Part shown: piece by piece, positions 52,835-62,000 of the stretch
Numbering within the stretch: position 1 is the stretch's first letter
How the letters are laid out: every line of letters starts with the position of its first letter
Assembly (NCBI RefSeq): GCF_004010195.1
Contig: NC_057719.1
Span: 51,714,920-51,776,919, forward strand
Direction of reading: 5' to 3'
DNA length: 62,000 nucleotides
Source: Chiloscyllium plagiosum
Lineage: Eukaryota
Notes under the pieces: model-generated
Told to the model about the DNA's origin: nothing
Database searches by the model: none
The model's input: the letters and a program-made list of their open reading frames with translations, nothing else
Program-made: the position numbers and the translations under genes

Positions 52835-53557
52835 TAAGAAAAAACAGGAAGAACGTTACGACTTATCCCCTTCAGGAGGTACCAATAAGGGACAAAGAGA
52901 TTGGGTTTGTAAGTGCCCCCCTCACTAGTGGGGAGGTCAGAACATTTAAAAAGGGAATGAAGGTCCTGGTTGAGGATCCGGTGGGGTTGTCTGAACAAAT
53001 TGATCAAATTTGGGGCCAAGTCTGTATACCTGGGCTGAGTTAATGTCTATTTTGAATATACTATTTACTGGGGAAGAAAGGGGACTTATACGAGGACAGC
53101 CATTAAAATATGGGACAGGGAACACCCGATTGGAGATGGGGATGCTGGACAGGGAGAGGTAAAATTTCCCCTCAGAGACCCCCAGTGGGAAAACCAAAAC
53201 CCGGAGCATAGAGAAGAAATGAGGGAATTGAAAGACCTGATTCTAAAAGGAATAGGAGAGGCAGTTCCGAAGTCACAGAATTTGACTAAAGCCTTTGAAG
53301 TTAGACAGGAGAAAGATGAGACTCCCTCAGCTTTCTTGCAAAGATTAAGGGACTCAATGCGGAAATATTCTGGAATGAACCCTGAGGACCCAGTGGCACA
53401 GGGTCTGTTGAAAGTACATTTTGTGACACAAGCATGGCCAGACATAGAGAAAGATACAGAAGATAGAAGGGTGGAGTGAAAAACCATTAGATGAATTGTT
53501 AAGATAGGCACAGAAAGTGTTTGTAAAGAGGGAGGATGAGAGACAAAAACAGAAGGC
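52835..53557 (+). pseudogene. gag: ERV gag capsid (p30-like) region, frameshifted
   Basis: EVPIRDKEIGFVSAPLTSGEVRTFKK, YTWAELMSILNILFTGEE, major homology region VRQEKDETPSAFLQRL (about 53300-53347) and HFVTQAWPDI. Confidence 0.9.
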
Positions 53558-54117
53558 NNNNNNNNNNNNNNNNNNNNNNNNNNNNNNNNNNNNNNNNNNN
53601 NNNNNNNNNNNNNNNNNNNNNNNNNNNNNNNNNNNNNNNNNNNNNNNNNNNNNNNNNNNNNNNNNNNNNNNNNNNNNNNNNNNNNNNNNNNNNNNNNNNN
53701 NNNNNNNNNNNNNNNNNNNNNNNNNNNNNNNNNNNNNNNNNNNNNNNNNNNNNNNNNNNNNNNNNNNNNNNNNNNNNNNNNNNNNNNNNNNNNNNNNNNN
53801 NNNNNNNNNNNNNNNNNNNNNNNNNNNNNNNNNNNNNNNNNNNNNNNNNNNNNNNNNNNNNNNNNNNNNNNNNNNNNNNNNNNNNNNNNNNNNNNNNNNN
53901 NNNNNNNNNNNNNNNNNNNNNNNNNNNNNNNNNNNNNNNNNNNNNNNNNNNNNNNNNNNNNNNNNNNNNNNNNNNNNNNNNNNNNNNNNNNNNNNNNNNN
54001 NNNNNNNNNNNNNNNNNNNNNNNNNNNNNNNNNNNNNNNNNNNNNNNNNNNNNNNNNNNNNNNNNNNNNNNNNNNNNNNNNNNNNNNNNNNNNNNNNNNN
54101 NNNNNNNNNNNNNNNNN
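53558..54117. other. Assembly gap (560 N)
   Basis: Run of N. Confidence 1.
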
Positions 54118-54465
54118 GAAACTAAAGATTTGTTTTTAAAGAAGTATATACTGGGCTTGTCCTCCTTTTTGTCTTTCCTCAGGTAACAGGGTTTATTGGC
54201 ACAGACTCCACCCCTTGAATTCACCGTTCATTCCATCCGACCGAGCGATTGGATCTTAGTAAAATCATGGACAGGGACTAAATTGCAGCCGGACTGGGAA
54301 GGGCCGTACCAGGCTCTTTTGACTGAAACAGCAATAAGGACGGTGGAGAAAGGCTGGACTCATTATACTCGGATCAAAGGGCCAGTGGACCCTCCAGTTG
54401 AGGAAGAAGTCTGGACAGCCGAATCAACGCAAGACCTGTTGAAACTCAGACTAAAGAGACTTTGA
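54118..54465 (+). pseudogene. pol: ERV pol, integrase C-terminus
   Basis: ETKDLFLKKYILGLSS..R*QGLLAQTPPLEFTVH..PSDWILVKSW..KLQPDWEGPYQALLTETAIRTVEKGWTHYTRIK; WEGPY (GPY/F) motif. Confidence 0.9.
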
Positions 54466-54543
54466 GTAACTGATTATACAGTGGCGACGCGAGCGTGGGA
54501 TTGTTTCTGTAAGATTGTATATTAAGTCTTTTTGTGCTTCAGC

Positions 54544-56151
54544 ATGATATTTAGAATACTGGGAATACTTAGAGTTATGATGCTAGCCCTCTTAGTATTG
54601 GGATTTTGTTAAATATCATTTTCATACATGTGATTAACAGTTCCTGAGTCTGATAATCCACAAGTAATAGACTGATGCATGCAGCTTAGTAAATTGTGGG
54701 GATGTAGATAATCAGGGACAGTACTGTAGCTCAGAGATACATCTTAAGTCCTATGGGGATGGCCTCGGGGATGGTATTTGGTATAATGGTCTCGTCACAG
54801 TACACCGGGCCCCCTTCCGACCAGCTCGCGATTGTCCTGATAAAAAGTGTAACCCAATATACCTAACAATAAGGAAAACCACATGGCACAAAGCACTTCT
54901 GTGGGGTGGGGGGACACCTATGAGATACAATTAAATGAAACATGTGGGATCGAAATGAAAGCAAAGGGGAAGGATTTCTTGGGCTGTTGTTTTCGAATTA
55001 GCGTAGGACAAGGAAAACGGGTAGAATTACTGGGTAATAAGATACAACCTTTCACCCCTCCCGATGATCCTAAAGTAGTAACAATTATAGAGGTGAAGGA
55101 CTTGAAACAGACCATCGAAATAGAAACTGGATATGGGGATGCAAATGCCTGGGTTGAATGGGTAAAGTATACTGTGAAAAGTCTGAACAAAAGCAATTGC
55201 TATGCATGTGCCTCCGGGAGGCCAGTGGCCCAGGTGGTTCCCTTTCCGCTCGGGTGGAAGCGAGACCAGAAGGGCATGAAATGTATGATAGCCCTGTACC
55301 AGGATGAGACTGCATGGAATGATAGGAATTGTACCTCGCTATCTCTGATGTTCCCTCCCTTGGAGAAGGAAGATGCAAAAGTCCTCCCCACGTTTTCCGC
55401 CGCAGTTGGAAATCACACGTCATGTGTGCGTAGATGATGTACAAGTCGGTCGAGAGATTTGGAGGAGCTGAAATTATGTACAGAGATTAAGAATGTTACC
55501 GAAACGGAGAAGGGAGGGAACTACTCGGCATTAAAGGTTCCCCGAGCGGATCTGTGGTGGTACTGTGGAGGCAAAATATTGAGACCCACCCTACCTCCGG
55601 ATTGGAGAAGGATATGTGCAATTGTACAATTGGCAATTCCATTTACCTTGGCATTTGAGAAGGAAAAGATCGTAGGGAAAAAGGGAAGGGGTAAGAGGAC
55701 TGTTAGATACTTCTTTTGATGACAGGATTTATCTTGATTTGGTAGGAGTCCCTAGGGGTGTACCTGATGAATTCAAGGCTTGTAACCAGATTGCAGCAGG
55801 CTTTGAGTCCGTTCTCTTTTGGTGGGTAACAATTAATAAAAATGTAGATTGGATAAATTACATTTTCTATAATCAACAGTGATTTATAAATTATACAAGA
55901 GATGCGGTTAAAGGAATATCAGAACAGCTTGATGCGACAAGTAGGATGGCATGGGAAAACAGAATGGTCCTTGATATGATTTTAGCAGAAAACGGGAGTG
56001 TGTGAGATGTTAGGAGGAAGCTGTTTGTACCTTTATTCCTAATAACACTGCACCTGATGGTTCAATTACTTGGGCCTTAAGGGGATTGACGACCTTAGCA
56101 GAGGAACTGGCTGAGAATTCAGGAGTAGACACATCTCTCACGGGATGGCTT
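54544..56151 (+). pseudogene. env: ERV env (gamma-type, PABLB/MER4-group-like), disrupted and 3'-truncated
   Basis: Acceptor-like tttttgtgcttcag, then ATG and hydrophobic leader MIFRILGILRVMMLALLVLGFC. SU has CYAC (CXXC); furin site RGKR at 55687-55698; TM has GVPRGVPDEFK, WWVTINKNVDWINYI, ISD WENRMVLDMILAE and a frameshifted CEMLGGSCC (CX6CC). Confidence 0.9.
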
Positions 56152-56869
56152 GATATAGGTAAATTAATGTTACTTCTGCAATTATAATTTCTGCTACAAG
56201 GTGAATGAACTCACATCAGTGTGTAATTGTTTCAGCCAGGAGCTGAGTCAACAAGAATGGAAACTATGTGGAGGAAATACATAATTGTTTTTGTATTAGC
56301 TAAAATTGTATGCCAGAATGAAATGTGACTGCAAAACAATGGTAGAAATACAGGCACGAGATAAAATGCTGTGAAGAGAGGCAGTTAAATTAGATATGCC
56401 TGTATAAACAGTAGGTATAAACACCTGTTTCCCACTTTTACAGAAACGCAGGAACAAACCCCAATTAAAAGGGCTTAGTGATAAGATGCTGTGAGGGGCA
56501 GCACAGATGGAGGGAGTAGATAATGGTAAGCAAAGGATGGAATGAGGTCAAACGGCATTGTGAGGTCAGAAATAAGCATTTTGCCACAGACAAGGCCGGA
56601 CAAGGCAAGAGATAAACAGGGGTAATGGGGGCCGGTCTTAGGGAAGTGGAGGATGTAAACATGGGGGGAAACAATGAAATAAGAAAAAAAATGTAGGAAC
56701 CAAATTATATAAATATCGAGAGTTTGTTGAATTTGGTATGTCTATGTCCTCTGCCTTGCCTGGCACTGGACATCACACCCACTTGCAAGTGTAAAAATAA
56801 AGGACACTACTGATTCAGATTTTTGTCTCGGACTGCAATTATTGAAGTGTGTGAGCATTGTTTCTCACA
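56152..56869 (+). repeat. 3' LTR (718 bp; first 5 nt missing)
   Basis: TATATAAATA at 56706-56715, AATAAA at 56796-56801; ends TTTCTCACA followed by the AAGC TSD. Confidence 0.9.
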
Positions 56870-57143
56870 AAGCCATTTTGGTCCTTGATCAAAATACTGA
56901 AAGTAAAATGAGATGACAGTGTTACAATGAAATAGCTGCACTTGTGGACAATAGGGCAGACACATCCACTGGGATAGGAGTCTGACAGGCTTGTTCAGCC
57001 CAATACACCTGGAGAAGGACTCTTGCTTACCATCGAAGTGGGGGAACAGGGGAAGAATAAGCTTCAAAACACTGAAGGTTAAAGATTCATTCAAAAAAAT
57101 TAAGCATGTTAACATATTTTAAAATCCTTGGAAGTGCCACCGT

Positions 57144-57446
57144 GGGCGGCATGGTGGCACAGTGGTTAACTCTGCTGCCTCACAGTGCCAGAGACCCGGG
57201 TTCAATTCCCACCTCAAGCGACTGACTGTGTGGAGTTTGCACATTCTCCCCGTGTCTGCGTGGGTTTCCTCCCACAGTCCAAAAATGTGCAGGTTAGGTG
57301 AATTGGCCATGCTAAGTTGTCCGTAGTGTTAGGTGAAGGGGGAAATGTAGAGGAATGGGTCTGGGTGGGTTGCGCTTCGGCAGGTCGGTGTGGACTTGTT
57401 GGGCCGCAGGGCCTGTTTCCACGCTAAGTAATCTAATTTAATCTAA
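57144..57446 (+). mobile_element. HE1-type SINE, near full length
   Basis: gggcggcatggtggcacagtggtta A box, gggttcaattccc B box, conserved core, tail gggcctgtttccac..taagtaatctaa; highly similar to 4435-4677. Confidence 0.92.
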
Positions 57447-58924
57447 AACAAAATTTAGGAATTTTTAAAAGTTTTTTTAAAACAGAATTAACAAAATTGG
57501 AAAAAAGTTTTTAATTGTTAAAGACTTTGAATAATAGAGCTTGCCTTGAGCGCACATAAAATATTTCTTAGGAAGGAATATATTTTACAACACCTCCAAT
57601 AGTTTGCTATTTTCTTTCATTGTGTCTGTTGGCAATATTTCAGCTGTCTGTGTGCTCTCATTGGTAATAAAGTTGTGCTTTGCAGCTCTAAGTATTGCTC
57701 AGAACATTGACTTGGAACATGTATCTCTTCTGCTGGGGGAAAAGAGAGCGAAGACAGCTCTGCAGGGAAATTACCACCCATCATTTGGAATAGGCAGAGT
57801 AAGTAGGCTAGTGGAAGATCTGCCCAGTACATCTTAGAAATGGATACACAATATTGAATCCCAAGGTTACACTGACCTATAATCCATTTTCTAATATGTG
57901 CTAGTGATAAATTATTTTCTTTGGGTACTTTGTTCATTTCAGTTAGGAAACACTATTTCATTTTAAATTCTGCTCTCATTGCTTTATCCTCTACTCTTGT
58001 TTATCCCCTGACTGTATCTAAAATAAGTTAAATGTTTCACAATCAATTTTCCATTATGGGAAGTTTTCACTGGTGTTGTTCTGCAGAACTTATTTTATGT
58101 TAATGTTGGTCTTCATGAATACCCGATGTAGTATTAATATAACTACGTGCCTGGATGTTCCTGTGTAAGTACCACATTGAGCCTCTGAGATGTAGGTCTC
58201 AGTTGAAATTAGGAAGAATCAATCTTGAGAGTAGTTAAGAGTCTCTGATTGGAAGCAGCTCAGATTTTTTTATTCTGGATCAGTTGCACTGTTATAGTAT
58301 CCAGTGGTTCTTCTAAAGATTGGGCAAACACTCATGGCTTTGAATGTTGTAAATTGGTTGCGTATTTGCTGTGCTATTTTCTGAATTCTGCAAAACTGTA
58401 TTTTATTTTATCCATTTCTGGACATGGCTGGTATTGGCTTGGCCAGCACTTGTTGCCCATCCATGTTTATACTGTCGACATGTTTGGTTTGAATTGTTGT
58501 GGAGTCATTTGTTAATTTCATCCATAAAATTCATTCACAATGAGCCAAAAAGACATCGAGATTACAATGCTTTCTGCTGAGAAAAGATCACAAAAATGGG
58601 TTACACCTCCAGGTGAAATGGGATATTTTAATAAGTGTTCTCAAACAGGTTTTACTGCTCGGGTGGACGTAGAGTAGACCTTGAGAGCTCTTGACTTGCT
58701 AAAAATAATTGATTTATTAGAAACACCAAAAATCATGAATTTGAGAAGCTAACCACTACTTTAGCTCTGTTAGGTTAGGTAGAAATAAGCAATGGAATTA
58801 TCCATTTGGATTGAACATCACCTCAATAACACACGTCTCTTAGTTTGGTGCTTATTCAAGAAAAGCCTAATTGGCTGAACTGGTTCTCAAGAAAAAAAAC
58901 AAACTCATCTCCACCTACCTTGAT

Positions 58925-59325
58925 ACTGGGCTATCCCCCCGCTAGTCCAGGAACTCCCCACATACGTTCAAGCCACCACCCACACCTTCCACCTCCTCCA
59001 AGACTTCCGTTTCCCCAGCTCCCAACACCTCATTTTCACCATGGACATCCAATCCCTCTACACCTCTGTCCGCCATGACCATGGCCTCCAAGCCCTCTGT
59101 TTCTTCCTCTCCCGATGTCCCCAGCAGTACCCTTCCACTGACATTCTCATTCGTTTGGCTGACCTGGTCCTCAAAAGAAAAAAAGCTTCATTCCTGATTG
59201 AAGGGCTTTTGCCCGAAACGTCTATTTTCCCGCTTCTTGGATGCTGCCTGACCTGCAGGGCTATTCCAGCACACTCTAATCTAGACTCTGATCTCCAGCA
59301 TCTGCAGTCCTCACTTTTGCCTAGG
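58925..59325 (+). mobile_element. Internally deleted Penelope-like element (RT fragment fused to terminal repeat)
   Basis: PLVQELPTYVQATTHTFHLLQDF..LIFTMDIQSLYTSVRHDHGLQAL..LIRLADLVL (PLE RT motif A), joined near 59172 to the hammerhead-type terminus ctgattgaagggcttttgcccgaaacgtc. Confidence 0.82.
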
Positions 59326-59399
59326 AATCTGTATGATTTTAAGATGATGGTGGAATTTCCAATTTAATATTTGAGTGGTCTCCAAGGTAGAAAAAGTAT

Positions 59400-59620
59400 G
59401 GCATAACACCACAAGATAAAGGAACAGAATTAAACCATTCCGCCCATCAAGTCTGCTCCATCATTCAATCATGGCTAATATATTTCTCAATCCTATTCTT
59501 CTGTCTTTTCCCTGTAATATTTGATCCCCTTATAAATCAATCACTGTCTTAAATACACTCAATGACTTGGTCTCTGCAGATTCACCACCCTCTGGCTGAA
59601 GACATTCCTCCTCATCTCAT
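59400..59620 (-). mobile_element. CR1 3' tail
   Basis: ccattccgcccatcaagtctgctccatcattcaatcatggcta is the antisense of the CR1 tail. Confidence 0.75.
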
Positions 59621-60565
59621 ATATGATTTGGATGTGAACATAGGAGATACAGTTAGTAAATTTGCAGATGACACCAAAATTGGAGATGTGGTGAATAGCG
59701 AAGGTTACCTCAGAGTATAATGGGATCTTGATCAGATGGGCTAATGGGCTGAGGAGTGGCAGATGGAACTTAAATTAAGTAAATGCGAGGTGCTGCATTT
59801 TGGAAAAGCAAATCAGAGCAGAATTTGTACACTTGATGGTAAGGTCCTGGGGAGCTTTGCTGAACAAAGAGACCTTGGAGTGCAGATTCATGATTCCTTG
59901 AAAGTAGAGTTGCAGGTAGATCGGATAGTGAAGAAAGCATTTGGTATGTTTTCCTTTATTGGTCAGAGCATTGAGTATAGGAGTTGGGAGGTCACGTTGC
60001 AACTGTACAGGCCACTTTTGGAATATTGCATGCAATTCTGGTCTCCTTCCAATTGGAAGGATGTTGTGAAACTTGAATGGGTTCAGAAAAGATTTACAAG
60101 GATGGTGCCAGAGTTGAAGGATTTGAGCTATAGGGAGATGCTGAGTAGGTTGGGGCTGTTTTTTCCTGGAACGTCGGAGGTTGAGGGGTGACCTTACAGA
60201 GATTTATAAAATCATGAGGGGCATGGATAGGATAAATAGACAAAAAGTCTTTTCTGTGGGGTGGGGGGAGTCCACAACTAGAGGGCATAGGTTAAGGTGA
60301 GAGGGGAAAGACACAAAAGAGACCCAGAGGCAACATTTTCACTCTGTGAGGGTGGTGTGTGTATGGAATGCGCTGCCAGTGGAAGTGATGGAGGATTGTA
60401 CAATTGCAGCATTTAAAAGGCACCTGGATGGGTATATGAATAGGAAGGGTTTAGAAGGATATGGGCCAAGTGCTAGCAAATGGGTTTAGATTAGTTTACG
60501 ATATCTGGTTGGCATGTACTAGTTGGGCTGAAGGGTCTGTTTCCTTGCTGTATAACTCTCTGATT
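59621..60565 (+). mobile_element. HER1-like CR1 LINE, 5'-truncated RT to 3' tail
   Basis: VSKFADDTKIG, KCEVLHFGKAN, RPLLEYCMQFWSP and KRFTRMVP; near-colinear with the reverse complement of 20066-21000. Confidence 0.93.
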
Positions 60566-60569
60566 CTCT

Positions 60570-61060
60570 CATCTCCAGTTCTGAAGAGTTGTGCCTTCAC
60601 TCTGCAGGGTCTGCCCTCAGGTCCTAGTCTCTCCTATTGGTGGAAACATACTTTTCCATGTCCGCTCTATCTAGACGTGTCACTATTCTATACTTTTAAT
60701 TTGAGGTTCCACTCCACCCATCATTCTAAACTCTAAGTAGAGACCCAGAGTCAACAACCACTCCTCATGACAGGCCCTTCATCCCTGGGATTATTCCTGT
60801 ATACTTCCTCTGGGTCCTCTTCAAGCCTAAAACATCCTTCCATAGATATGGGGCCCAAAACTGCTCATATTTGTAATATGGTCTGACCCAGGGCTTACAT
60901 AGCATTAGCAGTACATTTCTGCTCTTGCATTTGAACCCTCTTCATGAGAATGCTAACATTGCATTTGCCTTTCTAACATGCAGATTCAGTTGACAGTTAA
61001 CTTTAAGAAATCTGAACTCGGAATCCCAAGTCCCTTTGTACTTCAGATTTCCATAGCCTT
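60570..61060 (-). mobile_element. CR1-clade LINE fragment
   Basis: Antisense ggggcccaaaactgctc (EQFWAP) and tgctaacattgcatttgcct (KANAMLA) motifs. Confidence 0.72.
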
Positions 61061-61089
61061 TCCCTATGCTAATTTGCAGAATATTGTAA

Positions 61090-61900
61090 GTGGGAAAGTT
61101 GCTAAAGTGGTCGAGGCCTTCATTATCTCACCAAGTGAAATCATTGAGGAAGTTGGATAGACTGCTCAATAAGTATTTTAACATTGATGCAATGATTCAC
61201 AGGAAAAAGCTGACTCCAGGACATGCATCTCAAAGAAGAGTATGCCAGACTTGAAAGCAGTAAAGAATGATCTGACATTGTTGTATGGTAGAAATGCAAG
61301 AGGTGATTTTAGTGTGAAATTGTGCTTGTGAATCATTCCAAACTGAAGATACTTGATTCCAACAGGAATTATGGAAGGATTATAATATAGTTAAGCATAT
61401 TCCTAAACTCCCTATAGCTTGGAATGAAATGGCCTGTCTCACTCACCATGGTGTGTGGGGGAAGCTGTGGCCAAATTGTCTTAGAGCCAAAGGCTATGTG
61501 GAACATATTGGAAAAACCCAGGAGACAAATTTAGAAATGGGCACACAAATGGGGTTGTTTAAGCTAAGTGCTGAGGGTTTTAGAATCTTTTGCCTCCCAT
61601 GTGGCATCTACGGAGGAGCTGAAAGCTACAAAACACAGACCGCTGTAAAGATGAAGATTGATAAATAAGAAAGAGTCATTTTGTTCAATAATTAATGAGG
61701 TCTTGAAAAAGCTGTGAGGAGCAATGGCCAATTTTGATGAAAATTTTCTCAAAAGAGATTATAGTCTGAGTGAAATGAAACATTAAAAAAAACACTCCAC
61801 TGGATAAAAGGAGTTCAGTGGAAAGAGAGAATGCAAAAACTGTCATTGGAAAAATTCCTTAAAAGCCTACCACAAAGAAATGTTACAAAATGTGATGGAT
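61090..61900 (+). mobile_element. Tigger/pogo-like DNA transposase relic
   Basis: IIEEVG*TAQ*V.FNIDA, SRTCISKKSMPDLKAVKNDLTLLYGRNARGDFSVK and ELWKDYNI...AWNE...GVWGKLWPNC match Tigger DDE-region motifs; large internal deletion. Confidence 0.72.
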
Positions 61901-62000
61901 TTTGAACAGAAGACAAAAGATTTGTGGATGCTGCAAATCAAACAAAAACCAAAATTGCTGGAAAAGCTCAGCAGGTCTGGCAACATCTGTGAAGAGAAAT

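Larger units (their letters stand above)
51156..56869 (+). mobile_element. Defective class I endogenous retrovirus (LTR-gag-[gap]-IN-env-LTR)
   Basis: TGTGGGA...TCTCACA termini; AAGC TSD at 51152-51155 and 56870-56873; paired LTRs; gag, integrase and env relics in retroviral order. Confidence 0.93.

Noticed and set aside
51313..54224. Long ORFs of 175-264 aa in the ORF track
   Set aside because: Artefacts of translating through N-gaps.

Overview
Eukaryotic genomic DNA. The repeat content (HE1-type SINEs, HER1/CR1 LINEs, a DeuSINE, Penelope-like termini) points to a cartilaginous fish, most likely a shark. The left half holds the last nine coding exons of the formin gene DAAM1 on the + strand (7152-30969; C-terminal FH2 domain, DAD and stop codon; all GT-AG junctions phase-consistent), followed by a 3' UTR. 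Introns and the downstream region are dense in decayed mobile elements: CR1/HER1, L2, Rex1/Babar, RTE, Penelope-like elements with minimal hammerhead ribozyme motifs, solo LTRs, tRNA-derived SINEs and a Tigger/pogo relic. The most notable object is a defective class I endogenous retrovirus at 51156-56869, with a 4-bp AAGC target-site duplication and LTRs about 5% diverged. Its gag and integrase resemble the HERV-I/HERV-IP lineage, while its env resembles the PABLB/MER4-group type. Two N-gaps interrupt it. All family assignments come from motif recognition by eye, not database searches. Repeat boundaries are approximate unless a TSD or splice site is cited.
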